Shown here: piece after piece, positions 42,712 through 52,792 of the stretch
Numbering within the stretch: position 1 is the stretch's first letter
Layout of the letters: each line of letters starts with the position of its first letter
Assembly (NCBI RefSeq): GCF_006345805.1
Contig: NC_043010.1
Span: 63,984,001-64,048,000 of the forward strand
Direction: 5' to 3'
Length of the DNA stretch: 64,000 bases
From: Octopus sinensis
Lineage: Eukaryota
Position numbers and translations under genes: made by a program
Notes under the pieces: model-generated
What the model saw: the letters and a program-made list of their open reading frames with translations, nothing else
Told to the model about the DNA's origin: nothing
The model's database searches: none

Positions 42712-45700
42712 CCCCTTCAGTTGGCTAGAGCACATTTTCAACAGAGTAGTCTAGAACAACACAAAATGATATGCCATACTCAAGTACATGACACACCATA
42801 CAATCCAGGAATTGAACCTACAACCGCATGATTGTGAGCTCAGCATCCTAACTCTTAGGACACATGTCTTCACATGTGACAGCATAAACATATGAAAATA
42901 ATGCGAAGTGATGTGGTGGCTCGCTGGTTATAAACCAAATAATATACTAAATGAAATTCACAACCTGCTGTGTATAACGTATGACTTGATGTGGCAGAGC
43001 CAGGATAGAGCTGCCAGGGTAGCACCACTGGCCAAATAAATATGATCGTGATGAGCCAACCAGCCTAGAAGTTGGTTGTTTTTAACCTGTTGTAGTTCTG
43101 TTTTGTGATAGGCTGTAAATAGGTACGGTAGTGTAGGAACAACTTGTTGCTATTGTATATACTAGCATCCATATCAGGTTAAAAGAGTGTTTTATTAAAT
43201 TGCAGCACAGAGTTTAGCTCCTTCAGTGAGTATAACTGGGTGAAGGAGAAGTTTTACCAAAGTAAATTGTCCAAGATAAAATATAGGAAGACAAAGTCAT
43301 CAATGGTGTCACCAATGTACTAAATATAAAATTCACAATGGTGCTTATTGGTGATTCTCTGACATCAGCTCAAGGCCACAAATGACGAAGAAAGAGAAGA
43401 ATGTGTGTGGTTCTTGATTAGATCGTCCCACTTCCAGCATATGACTGACACTTATTTCATTAAAAAGATGTTGCCACTGGTTCAGCAGCTGATGTACATC
43501 AACAGGTGAGCTCTGTCGTACAAACTGATATGGTCCCAGAAATGTAAGGAGTCAGGGGTTACAAAAAATTACCCTTGTATATTAATTTTAATTCTTCCAC
43601 TTCACCCAAAATCTCCTATTTTAACCCTTTAGCATTCAAAGAGGCCATATTCAGCCCAAATATTTCATCTGTTTTACATTCAAACTGGCCAGATCTGGCT
43701 TTTCACACCTACCCTACAATGTCATTCTAATCATAAACAATCCCACCACTGAAATCACAAAGCTACAAGATAATGCATGATCAATTTAGAACAATGTGAA
43801 GAAATAAGTATTACAGTCTGAATGCTAAAGGGTTAATGTTAAACCAAATCAGAAAACAATGGGCATCACTTACCCGCACATGGTCTCGAAAATGCGAGCA
43901 TATGTCCCCTTTTTGTTTTTAAATGCTTCCAAAGTTTCTTCAGGACGACCTTTACCTTTTTCATAAGAAGCAAACTTGATGGTATACATATTCCTGGCCG
44001 TCATCCATCGGAAGATCACTCTGGAAGAAGGATAATAAAAAAAATATTATCAACATTGTTAGTATTAATTGTATGATGAGTAGAAAAAAAATGTAAGAGA
44101 GTATGGGACAGACATCAAGCTTGCAACTGTAGTGGGAAGGAGGAGGGGTGCAGTGTGGCCACATGGTAATTCAGCAATGATGGAAAGAAAGGGTGAATGT
44201 GGCGGGGTCAGTAATTGTTAATAAGAGTGACTACTTGGTAGATAACAGGGTGGGAGGGTATTTTATGTTTAAGGATAGCAGACATAGTACCACCATCATC
44301 ACATTTATAAGGAAGTGTTGGCGGGAAGGGGTGAGACAGAAGTGGAGGTATTCCAGAGCAATAGGGTTCAGTTGATGAAAAAAGTACCCCTGCTGGTGCC
44401 ACCTAAAAGCACCTGTGCCTGTACAACGTGAAAAGCCTGTGCCACGTGAAGGTGCCCATGCTGGTGCCATGTGAAAGCACCTATGGAAGCACTCCGTCGG
44501 TTACGACGATGAGGGTTCCGGTTGATCCGAATCAACGGAACAGCCTGCTCGTGAAATTAACGTGCAAGTGGCTGAGCACTCCACAGACACGTGTACCCTT
44601 AACGTAGTTCTCGGGGATATTCAGTGTGACACAGAGAGTGACAAGGCCGGCCCTTTGAAATACAGGTACAACAGAAACAGGAAGTAAGAGTGAGAGAAAG
44701 TTGTGGTGAAAGAGTACAGCAGGGATCACCACCATCCCCTGCCGGAGCCTTGTGGAGCTTTAGGTGTTTTCGCTCAATAAACACTCACAACGCCCAGTCT
44801 GGGAATCGAAACCGCGATCCTATGACCGCGAGTCCGCTGCCCTAACCACTGGGCCATTGCGCCTCAATGAAAGCACCTATACTGGTGCCATGTTAAAAGC
44901 ACCCAGCACATTCTGTAAAGTGGTTGGCATTAGGAAGGGCATCCAGCCATAAAAACCATGTGAAAACAGACAAATGGAGCCTGGCCGGACAGCTGTCCAG
45001 CTCCAGTCGAACTGTCCAACCCAAGCCAGCATGGTAAGCAGACATTAAATGATGATGTATGAAAGTCTAGGTTGTTGTGTATTTGTTCAGTAATTAGTCA
45101 GAGACACGGATTTGGCTTTTGTTTTAATTTCTGGCTGTGTGGTAAGTAGCTTGCTAACCAACCACATGGTTCCGGGTTCAGTCCCACTGCGTGGCATCTT
45201 GGGCAAGTGTCTTCTGCTATAGCCCCGGGCCGACCAATGCCTTGTGAGTGAATTTGGTAGACGGAAACTGAAAGAAGCCTGTCGTATATATGTATGTGTG
45301 TGTGTTTGTGTGTCTGTGTTTGTCCCCCTAGCATTGCTTGACAACCGATGCTGGTGTGTTTACGTCCCCGTCACTTAGCGGTTCGGCAAAAGAGACCGAT
45401 AGAATAAGTACTGGGCTTACAAAGAATAAGTCCCGGGGTCGATTTGCTCGACTAAAGGCGGTGCTCCAGCATGGCCGCAGTCAAATGACTGAAACAAGTA
45501 AAAGAGTAAAAGAGAGTAAAAGAGTACAGGAGTATAAATCCAATACAGAGCCATCATAAAGTATACAGCTCAGTGCACACACCACATGTACTAAAACCTA
45601 GCAGACAGAAACCATGTAGCACAGTGTAGTACACACATCACATGTAGTGCACTCCAATACAATCTCTTTGTAGCCTGAAACACTGCTTCTCATGTCCACT

Positions 45701-46276
45701 ACACAGCCGTCATATACCATAGTGTTCATGTTCAATGCATATCCATCATGTAGGGCAGTCTGTATAACAGATAGTTACTAAGTAGTGCAAACCAGTACAG
45801 TCAACATATAACATAGTCCTGCACAGACATCGGATACCAACCTTGCTTTCTCTAACTCAGTGTTGAAGCCAGGCCTGACAATCAATTCATGAAGGAGTTC
45901 ATCAAATGTATTGAAGTCCTTTTGGGCGACCTGAAGTTAGGGTGGAAAAATAAACATAGTTATAGTAATTGAGAGATTTATAGAAAAGAATACAGATTTA
46001 CTTGAAACAGGTTAAACACATAGAGACAGACACACACACACACACACAAATAGAAACAGATATATGCACAGGCCCAAATAGACACACAGACACATGCATA
46101 CCTAGAAACATACACACACAGATAGACAAACAATAATGAAATATGCAACTCACCTCGATGGCATGGCGATCAAGAAACTGGAAGTCATTAGGGTCCCTGT
46201 AGATGTAAAACTTACGGAACCTGGACCTGGTAGGAGGAGCTTTCAAAGGTGCATGTAGAACGTTCTTTTGTTCCAT
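523..46276 (-). CDS. Spliced gene (10 coding exons, about 1297 aa): hillarin/KY/LTD-1-family protein with two tandem transglutaminase-like domains, each followed by repeated beta-rich (Ig-like) domains
   Basis: Ten exons with canonical AG/GT boundaries join in one open frame (123+89+147+193+459+492+429+89+141+1732 = 3894 nt). Family motifs occur twice: ELEKxRxxFRW, GxAKGxDYRPG, HSWNAVYI, WxLxDxHWA, D(E/D)xxFLTxP, WQLL. The start codon and the join across the 28.6-kb intron are inferred. Confidence 0.8.
2575..2715 (-). CDS. Coding exon 9 (141 nt) of the KY/hillarin-like gene
   Basis: ctaac...ctcaacag| acceptor, |gtaact donor, phase 2/2. Encodes (R)[46 protein letters not shown](R). Not in the ORF track. 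Confidence 0.92.
3372..3460 (-). CDS. Coding exon 8 (89 nt) of the KY/hillarin-like gene
   Basis: ctaac...ccaaaacag| acceptor, AG|gtaagt donor, phase 0/2. Encodes [29 protein letters not shown](R). Confidence 0.92.
3677..4022 (-). mobile_element. Retroposon 3' fragment (family D, RTE-type tail) with internal ~60-bp tandem repeat
   Basis: (CAT)n tail plus ctggatgcccttcctaacgccaaccac motif. Related copies near 5205-5430, 5703-5855, 15735-16038, 32830-33130, 33835-34040, 34670-35180, 44390-45058, 48225-48303, 56980-57220. Unit ttttatgtgccaccgacacaggtgccagacgaggctggcaga repeated about 2.7 times. Confidence 0.7.
4697..5085 (-). mobile_element. tRNA-derived SINE, family A, full length
   Basis: tRNA-like head with A/B boxes (tggcccagtgg...gtttcgattccc). 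Near-identical to 13642-14026 and 44485-44867. 12-bp TSD acatattgataa (4685-4696 / 5086-5097). Confidence 0.9.
6477..6708 (-). mobile_element. SINE family C (Deu/Nin-like central domain)
   Basis: Head aggcggcgagctggcagaa, B-box-like gagttcaaattcc, central gcctttcatcctttcggggtcgataaa. Numerous decayed copies across the window. Confidence 0.8.
6854..7282 (-). CDS. Coding exon 7 (429 nt): Pro/Gln-rich linker and start of the second module
   Basis: cttcttctgcag| acceptor, CAG|gtaagt donor, phase 0/0. Encodes [23 protein letters not shown]...APPPAP...VDDHAIQ, homologous to LDRHAIE at the end of exon 1. Confidence 0.88.
7422..7844 (+). mobile_element. tRNA-derived SINE, family B, with internal (TA)n/(TG)n microsatellite
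   Basis: Head ggagtggctgtgtggtaag...gggttcggtccc, CORE-like cttgggcaagtgtc, tail gactgaaacaagtaaaagag. Near-identical copies elsewhere in the window. Confidence 0.88.
13642..14026 (+). mobile_element. tRNA-derived SINE, family A, full length
   Basis: gtggaggcgcaatggcccagtggttagggcagcgg...ggagtgcttcca; inserted in a (TA)n tract. Confidence 0.9.
14840..15197. mobile_element. Non-autonomous element with Helentron/HINE-like architecture
   Basis: Begins acaagag; subterminal acctccacc is inverted at the far end (ggtggaggt) within a terminal hairpin (ttctgcctt c aaggtggag). Second, truncated copy at about 47121-47315. Confidence 0.5.
16478..16897 (+). mobile_element. Two tandem SINE family C copies (16478-16612 truncated; 16668-16897 near full length)
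   Basis: Both start (a)ggc(a/g)gcgagctggcagaa and match the reverse complement of 6477-6708. Confidence 0.8.
18390..18814 (-). mobile_element. SINE family B, full length
   Basis: Reverse complement of 7422-7844 with few differences. Confidence 0.88.
20292..21603. repeat. 28-bp minisatellite, about 47 copies (ccagttaatcaacagactgctgtgtcct)
   Basis: Head-to-tail units with no spacers; only rare substitutions and 1-nt deletions. Confidence 0.97.
21820..22180 (+). mobile_element. 5'-truncated LINE, RTE-like C-terminus
   Basis: Reads VDGTYTRLL...[38 protein letters not shown]...AMMDREVWR..., stop directly followed by a (TGA)n tail, typical of RTE-group ORF ends. Confidence 0.8.
23094..23418 (+). 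mobile_element. tRNA-derived SINE (family A2: different head, family-A 3' body)
   Basis: Head gggcgcgtggcttagtggttagg, CORE-like gtgtccttgagcaagacac. 19-bp TSD ttttatcaactgatttcta (23075-23093 / 23419-23437). Confidence 0.88.
23706..24540 (+). mobile_element. Penelope-like retroelement 3' fragment with GIY-YIG endonuclease remnant, copy 1
   Basis: [54 protein letters not shown] matches the Penelope GIY-YIG pattern (YxIxCxxC..YIGQT...R...H). In-frame TAG at 24002-24004. Confidence 0.85.
24573..25408 (+). mobile_element. Penelope-like GIY-YIG fragment, copy 2 (tandem duplicate)
   Basis: Essentially identical to copy 1 at an offset of 867-868 nt. Confidence 0.85.
30183..30570 (-). mobile_element. 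SINE family B, 5'-truncated
   Basis: Matches 18390-18814 up to gggactgaaccc. Confidence 0.85.
31158..31375 (+). mobile_element. SINE family B, 5' half
   Basis: agtggctgtgtggtaaatagcttgc...cttgggcaagtgtcttc...(TA)n. Confidence 0.8.
32409..32613. mobile_element. piggyBac-type MITE
   Basis: TTAA on both sides (32405-32408, 32614-32617); TIRs ccctttagcatt / aatgttaaaggg. Internal sequence matches 43625-43832 in opposite orientation. Confidence 0.82.
35899..36390 (-). CDS. Coding exon 6 (492 nt): second beta-rich repeat of module 1
   Basis: ttttcttcctag| acceptor, |gtaagt donor, phase 0/0. [23 protein letters not shown]...[16 protein letters not shown]...HICQYFV aligns with [16 protein letters not shown]...HIAQYLI in exon 10. 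Confidence 0.92.
37146..37604 (-). CDS. Coding exon 5 (459 nt): end of first transglutaminase-like domain and first beta-rich repeat
   Basis: tactag| acceptor, AAG|gttagt donor, phase 0/0. [30 protein letters not shown]...[10 protein letters not shown]. Confidence 0.92.
38731..39272 (+). mobile_element. Probable non-LTR retrotransposon 3' untranslated fragment inserted in a (TAA)n tract
   Basis: Complex block bounded by TAA repeats on both sides and ending ctctcactcaataataat. TAA targeting is known for R4/Dong-clade elements; the family assignment is inference. Confidence 0.4.
39436..39845 (-). mobile_element. Helitron 3' end
   Basis: Minus strand reads cccgg-gcaacg-ccggg (hairpin, 39448-39463), 8 nt, then CTAG|T (39436-39439), the canonical Helitron terminus. 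The inner boundary is a guess. Confidence 0.7.
39854..40133. mobile_element. Decayed hAT-like MITE
   Basis: Starts cagtagttcctaactttt and ends gttagagaaccc, resembling CAGTGGTTCCCAAC-type TIRs. No TSD verified. Confidence 0.35.
42051..42243 (-). CDS. Coding exon 4 (193 nt): first transglutaminase-like core (His and Asp motifs)
   Basis: ctctcaatttcag| acceptor, |gttagt donor, phase 2/0. [21 protein letters not shown]...[25 protein letters not shown]...PENL. Confidence 0.93.
43625..43832. mobile_element. piggyBac-type MITE
   Basis: TTAA flanks (43621-43624, 43833-43836) and perfect 14-bp TIR ccctttagcattca / tgaatgctaaaggg. Confidence 0.88.
43874..44020 (-). CDS. Coding exon 3 (147 nt) of the KY/hillarin-like gene
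   Basis: ccttcttccag| acceptor, |gtaagt donor, phase 2/2. (R)[48 protein letters not shown](G). Paralogous to exon 9. Confidence 0.92.
44485..44867 (-). mobile_element. SINE family A nested inside a family D retroposon
   Basis: 13-bp TSD tgaaagcacctat (44472-44484 / 44868-44880); family D sequence continues on both sides (about 44390-45058). Confidence 0.9.
45132..45526 (+). mobile_element. SINE family B
   Basis: Near-identical to 7422-7844. Confidence 0.88.
45842..45930 (-). CDS. Coding exon 2 (89 nt) of the KY/hillarin-like gene
   Basis: ctaacttcag| acceptor, AAG|gttggt donor, phase 0/2. [29 protein letters not shown](R). Same length and phases as exon 8. Confidence 0.9.
46154..46276 (-). 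CDS. First identifiable coding exon of the KY/hillarin-like gene
   Basis: GAG|gtgagt donor, phase 0. [41 protein letters not shown]. In-frame TAG upstream at 46331-46333. Candidate acceptors at 46364-46365 (would make ATG 46276 the start) and 46316-46317 (would allow an upstream coding exon). Confidence 0.8.
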
Positions 46277-47359
46277 TGTTGGGTAGAGAACAGCAGCCGA
46301 AAGAGGGGACAATGGCTGTTGATAGAGCAGCTACCGATTTGAGGAGGAGGTTGTCTCACTTAACTGGAAATATAAACAATAATAATAATGATAACAAGAA
46401 CAATAACTATGAAATTATCATCAACAATAATAACTGTTTCTTGTTTAAGCACAACATAAAACAATTTTGAAACTGAGAGGTCAATTATTACATTGACCCA
46501 ATTTCATCACTGGTATGTTATTTTATGAAGCTTTTAAGGAAGGATAAACCAAATCAATCTTGGCAGGATTTGAACTCACAAAGAAACACTGCAAAACATT
46601 TTGCTGGACACTTAAATGATTTTGTCAACCTATATTAATGTTTCTGATTTATGCTTGAAACCAAGTTTTAAGGAGAAGTAGGTGAGTCGAGACTATTCAG
46701 TACTTCACTGGTGCTTATTTCACCAACCCCAGGGAGATGAAAGGTAAAGTTGACCTTGGCAGAATTTGAACTCACAATGCAAAGAGCCAGAAGAAACACT
46801 GCAAGAATAATTGTTTGTAACACAGGTGCAAGGCAAGAAATTTGGACGGAGGGATTAACCAATTAAATCAATCCCAGTGCAAAGCTGGTAGTTTATTTTA
46901 GCAACCCCAGAAGGAAGAAAGGCAGAATTGACACTGGGAGGATTTGAACACAAGAGAGTTGGTAGAAAAACTGTAAAGTATTTTATCCAACATTAATGAT
47001 TTTCCCAATCTAATAATAATGTATATTGTGTTTTCATAATGATGTGCCAAATACCTACAAACCTTTAAATAATAATAAGCGTTTATCTCGTAATAATAAT
47101 AATAATAATAATAATAATAGTAAGAGCACTCAGAGAGTGCAAACCCCTGCCAAGGCAACACCAATGCCCTCTCAATGATTAACCGGAGATGATTTTTAAA
47201 ACGAGAATATCTGAAATAAACTTGACTGCTCTCACAAATGAAAATACTAAAAATGAACCCAACCACTCTCAAAAATTAAGTCAAAAAAACAAATCCAGAA
47301 TCCTTATCCGGTACCTAAGGGTATGACCATTTGCCCAGTTGTTATTCTCCAGTTTACAA

Positions 47360-47710
47360 GCACGTAACATACAGATAGGCACCAGCAGATATCACATCAA
47401 TTTACATGATGAATATATGATGAAATTATACCAACTATCCACATAGCAATAGCAAATGACTGATGTAGTCATGCAGAAGTGAGGAGAAGTGAGACGCTAA
47501 GGAATTACACTGATGTGGCTGTTAAATTAAAAATCTGAAGGTAGTTAAGGAATGTGCCTATCATCCCTTACATAATTAGTACAATTGGAATGATACATCA
47601 TCCTTTCTCTGAAGAACATTGACAATTTACAAATAACATTAGATGTAGGCATCTTTCGGAAGACAGCGTTACTAAGATCTGTAAATATTCTCAGAGAATT
47701 CCAACACAAC
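47360..47710 (+). mobile_element. Heavily decayed non-LTR retrotransposon C-terminus (restriction-like endonuclease, R4/Dong-like)
   Basis: Frameshifted fragments IISTIGMI...KNIDNLQITLDVGIFRKTALLRSVNILRE resemble the VVGALG...QKxALLGTAxILR ending of R4-type elements. Confidence 0.45.
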
Positions 47711-48303
47711 ATTTATTAAATTTTTTTTATTAACAATGTTATGCATGTAACTCCAAAGTGCACCAAATTCATTTTTAGGAAAGGAAACTCAGTAAATTTC
47801 TGAAATCCTAAAAAAAAAATCATGATCATAACAATGATAATCCTTTCTTCTATAAGCACAAGGACTGAAATTTTGTGGGAGATGGACAGTTGATTACATT
47901 GCCTCCAGGTGTAACTGGTACTTCTTTCATTGATCCTGAAAGGATAAAAGGTACAGTCAACCTCAGCAGGATTTGAACTCAGAATATAAAGACCGATGAA
48001 ATGCTGCTAATCATTTTATCTGGTAGCATGCTAATGATTCTGCTAGTCCACCACCTTAACAACAATCCTTTCTACTATAGGCATAAATGTATAATTGGTA
48101 TTTATTTAAAAAAATAAAATTGACCTTGGCAGGATTTGAACACAGAATATAAAGGTGGATGAAATGTTGCTAAGCATTTTGTCAGGCATGCTAACAATTC
48201 TACCAGCTCACTGCCGCCGCCGCCGCACCAGGCTCCAATCTGATTTGGCAGAGTTTCTACAGCCCTTCCTAACGCCAACCACTACAAGAGTGTAGTGGGT
48301 GCT

Positions 48304-48341
<38 letters not shown>

Positions 48342-51300
48342 TATATAATGAGAAGTAGTTAAGTCCTATCAGATAATGTTTGGCCTTGCAGTTATGATAA
48401 GAACTGTGTTGAAAAGATTGGCAATAAATCAAACTAAAAATCCATTCTATTGTGGACTACAGATAGGCATTAAAATGATGTTGAAGATGCTATTATTTTT
48501 TATGATCTATTCATCAGTTACTACCATTACTTAGTATTACATTTTGTAAGAGAGATTTGGTTGTTATTTCTAGTAGATTGAATGACTGCTATGGGATATC
48601 TCTGTTTGTTAGAGTTAGATGAAAAGTAATAATAGTTACTATCTGAAATTTTAACTCTGATTAAGTTTGAGGTGCTGAATTTAGATATCATGTAGGAAGA
48701 GCATCCAGCCAACAGTAAAGAACAGGCCAAAGATAATGTGACATGCAACGGCAAAGTTAGCTGCTGTTTCTGTGATGTTCTGTGAGCCAGATGATGGAAG
48801 ACAGCAATGGCCAGTGCAGCATTGAGACATGTCCAACCCAGACCAGTAGAAAAGAACTGAACAAAAAAAAAAAAGATGCTGCTTTTACAAGAATAGTTTT
48901 ATGTCAAATCAAGCGGGAATGATTAGCTCCATGGAAGTGTAAGAATAAACAGTTGTGATATTCATACCTTTCCCAAAGGATTAATGGTGCAAATGGGAGC
49001 AAAACTTCAAAGGTGCCTCACTGCCCAGAGTAAAATGCCAAAATACAGAAAAGAATTAAATTAGAATATCTGGAGTTGGTGAGTGAGGGCGAATGGTAGA
49101 GACAGACACAGTTACATTACACACACATAAATATACATTCAATAGCAGTTAGGCAAAGGAGAGGTAGTGCTACTGCTATGTGGTTTGGTACATACAGACA
49201 GACTGTTTAAAAATTAACTAGAACAAAAATAGTCGAAAACAGCAACAAAAATTTAGTTAACCGACTTTTTTTTTTCTTTCCTCTCTTGGGCGGGGCTGAA
49301 GTTTTACTGCTCCCCACTCACACCTTCTCTTACTGATATATATCTCCACCCACTTAAGATATATTATATCACATACAGACTCACAAACTCCCTATAATAA
49401 TATTGGCTTTAAATTTTGGCACAAGGCCTGCAATTCCGGGGAGGGTCTAAGTCGATTACATGGTATTTATTTTATCGATCCCAAGAGGATGAACGGCAAT
49501 GTCGACCTCAGCAGAATTTGAACTCAGAACGTTCAGACGGACGGTGTACTAACGGTTCTGCCAGCTCGCTATAATAATATCGAAATGATATTGCATTTCG
49601 TTTGAGGTGACGTAAATAATAGTAAATGATTTCTAATTGGAATCAAAACATACGCCTGGCCCGCAGCTCGCTGTTTCTGCTCCTCAACAACACTTATTTG
49701 CACTGTCTTCTTAACTGAAGACGGGACCTTTGGTTTAGCTTGCGTAACATTGCCAACAAGATTGTCCATGTTCAACTAGAGTGAAACCACGTGGTGGTAA
49801 TAACAGTTTGTTCCTTTCATCTTTTATTTCTGGAATATACATTATGAATTGCACTGCACCTAACAAATGTCACCTGTCTCGACTAACCATCATAAATATA
49901 TTTATGACAAAAACTGTTGTTGTTTCTTCTCTTACAAAAGCATTGAAGATATGTTATGGGAGAGACGGCGAGAGTTGTGTGGCGTCCATGCTAAAGCATG
50001 AATAAAACCTCAAAGGATTACGAAAGTTGGCAATATGTGTATTTACATTGGGTGGAAAGATGTTAAAACCGAAGTTGATTGCTAAGGGAATGACTGAGGT
50101 AGCTTAAATACTGAATGAATGCCTAGTTGTTGCTTTGATCAAGCGGGCCTATGATCAAAAGCTTTCTAGTTTAACGCCGTTTTCCTTTGTTTAGACAATG
50201 TACCCAAGCCTACACTGTCTAAAAAGAAGGAAGATATGGATTTTATTTTTAGCAGGTCGTTAGATCTGCGCGACACTCCCCTCATTGGCTCCTAAAATAT
50301 ATAGTGTTATTTATTTGCAGTGCTACAACTGCTTAAAAAATATATATAAATCTAAAAAGACAGCTCAGGTAGGTGAAATAAAATATTAAGATTATAGTTC
50401 AATGTGTGTTTAAAAGAGATTAAACGATGTAATTGATCTGAGGGAAGCAACGAAGCAAAGCTCAACTGAATAACGTGTTTAAGGAGGAGGTTGGCATCGA
50501 CCGAATACATCTCGATGCTTCGAGGAGGACTGGGGATAAAGGATTAAAGGAAACAACAACGCTGCTGGAACAATATTGATAATCTTTTTGTTTAAAAAGG
50601 GAAACATGAGACAGAGTAGGTGCTGGATTAATGAGACACAGCCTGAATAAAATGCCTTACAGTATGTTGTGGTTTCCCTCTTGATTCCGGGTTCAAATAA
50701 CGACGGATTCAACGTTGCCTTTCACCCGCATCAAGGGATATAAAATAAGCTTCGGTAGTATACTAGGTGTGTTTCAGTTGACAATCCAGGTAAACAAATC
50801 AGTGTAACAGACTAAAATATATTCTATGATGAAAGTGAAAACATAGAAGATTTACGAAACGCTTCTGGCGAAAAAATAGTTCAAGTTTAGGTTTCAGGGG
50901 AAATAACTGAGGAGAATTTGAGCATTGCTATCTCAGTTATGTCCCTTTATTGATTAGTGGTTATGTCAGCATTGAAGCAGAAAGTTTGTATGAAAATCTT
51001 CCTAAATAAAAATCGAAATTAATCTCTATCCCCGTTCTCGGCAGTGAAGCAGTCCTGGAATTAGACACAACCTAAATAAACTACAATGTAGGGTCTCAGA
51101 TCTACAAGGGCCTCGAAATAATTGATAGGCGTATGTTCTCAGTTTTTTTTGTGCGACCTGGTGTATTCTTTTAAAGAAAGGGCCTCCGACCTTTTTGCAC
51201 AGAATAAAGCCTCACCAAGTCTACATTCGGTATTAGAGTCATAATCAAGAACATAAGGCATGAAGGTCACAAACCTACATTTTACGGCTGTCAGAAATGT

Positions 51301-51415
51301 AAGCACTCTCCTCCTCACATCACACACACAATCACGAGTGGACAGACGAAAGAGTGTGGCACTTGACACATTTGATAGGCGTTACTAGGATTTTAAATAA
51401 CAGTTTGACTTATCT

Positions 51416-51800
51416 TCCTTTTATTTTTACTTGTTTCAGTCATTAGATTACGGCCATGCTGGAGCACCACCTTGAATTTTTAGTCGAATTAATCGACCCT
51501 CCTGTGCCTTTCTTTTTAAGCCTGATACTTATTCTATCGGTAACTTTTGCCAAACTGCTAATGTTACGGGGACGTAAGCAAACCAACACCGACTGTCAAG
51601 TGGTGGTGGGGCCAAACACAAACATCCATCCATCCATCCATCTTTCTCTCTATCTATACGGCAGGCTTCCTTCAGTTTCCGTCTACCAAATCCACTCACA
51701 AAGCTTTGGCAGAAGACACTTGCCCAATGTGCTATAGATTGGGACTGATCCTGGGACCATATGGTTGGGAAGCAAACTTCTTACCACAACCATGCCTGCC
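51416..51800 (-). mobile_element. SINE family B, diverged
   Basis: ttttacttgtttcagtcat...ggagcaccacc...ccgtctaccaaatccactcacaa...cttaccaca. Confidence 0.75.
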
Positions 51801-52700
51801 CCCCTCCTCCCCACACTTATTTTATACAGAGACACACAGACACCCACCGAATCTAGTGAAAACATACCCACTCTGAGTTCCATACGAACTGCAATGAAAA
51901 TCCAAAAGAATTGGATCATTTCCTTTTTGTACAGATTATGGTATTGTAATTATAAAAATATTTGACTAATTTCAATGTTGTTTTATGACACTTGTTTACT
52001 CATCCCTCTACCCCGCCTCTTCCCTCATACGCCCCCCCCCACCTTGTTATATCCATGTCATTAAAACTGACAGATGTAATAATAATAATAGATGTTTTTT
52101 TTTTTCTTCATTAAAGTGAAAGGTCGGCAATTTTGAAAGAGAGTGGGTTAATCGTTACCGTTAACTCCAATACTTAGCTGCTACTTTGCTTAATCGACCT
52201 TAAAAGAATAAAAAGCGAAGATGACCAAGGCAGAAATTGAACTCGGAACGTAAGGGGCTGCTCAATAGCGCCAAATTAGTTTTTGACGCTCTGGCGATTC
52301 ACACCCTTCACCAAATGATAATTTTCTTGTATATCGTTTTTACTGATTTTTCTTCATAATCTAAATTTTACTTCTAACCTTGCAGTAAAAGAGAGAGGAT
52401 AAGTGATAGTTTATGAGCATTAATTATGTCAAGAAAAAACGCTTTGCCCAATTCAATTTTGACTAAATTGTCTATAGCAACCTTTACAATAAAGAGCTGT
52501 TATTTTGTGTAGTTAGATAAAGGATTACACTAGACAATGACTTTGCGCTTATAACACACATGCACATACATACATACACACACATACGTATCATACAGAC
52601 GCATTTACTGACATACATCTAAACTTAGATATACGCACGCGCTTTTATCTACATGATTATACACTCATGACATGTCACACACGCATAGTGCACTCCCAGG

Positions 52701-52703
<3 letters not shown>

Positions 52704-52789
<86 letters not shown>
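52704..52789. repeat. Compound (GA)n(GT)n microsatellite
   Basis: Directly visible; representative of dozens of di- and trinucleotide tracts in the window. Confidence 0.95.
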
Positions 52790-52792
<3 letters not shown>

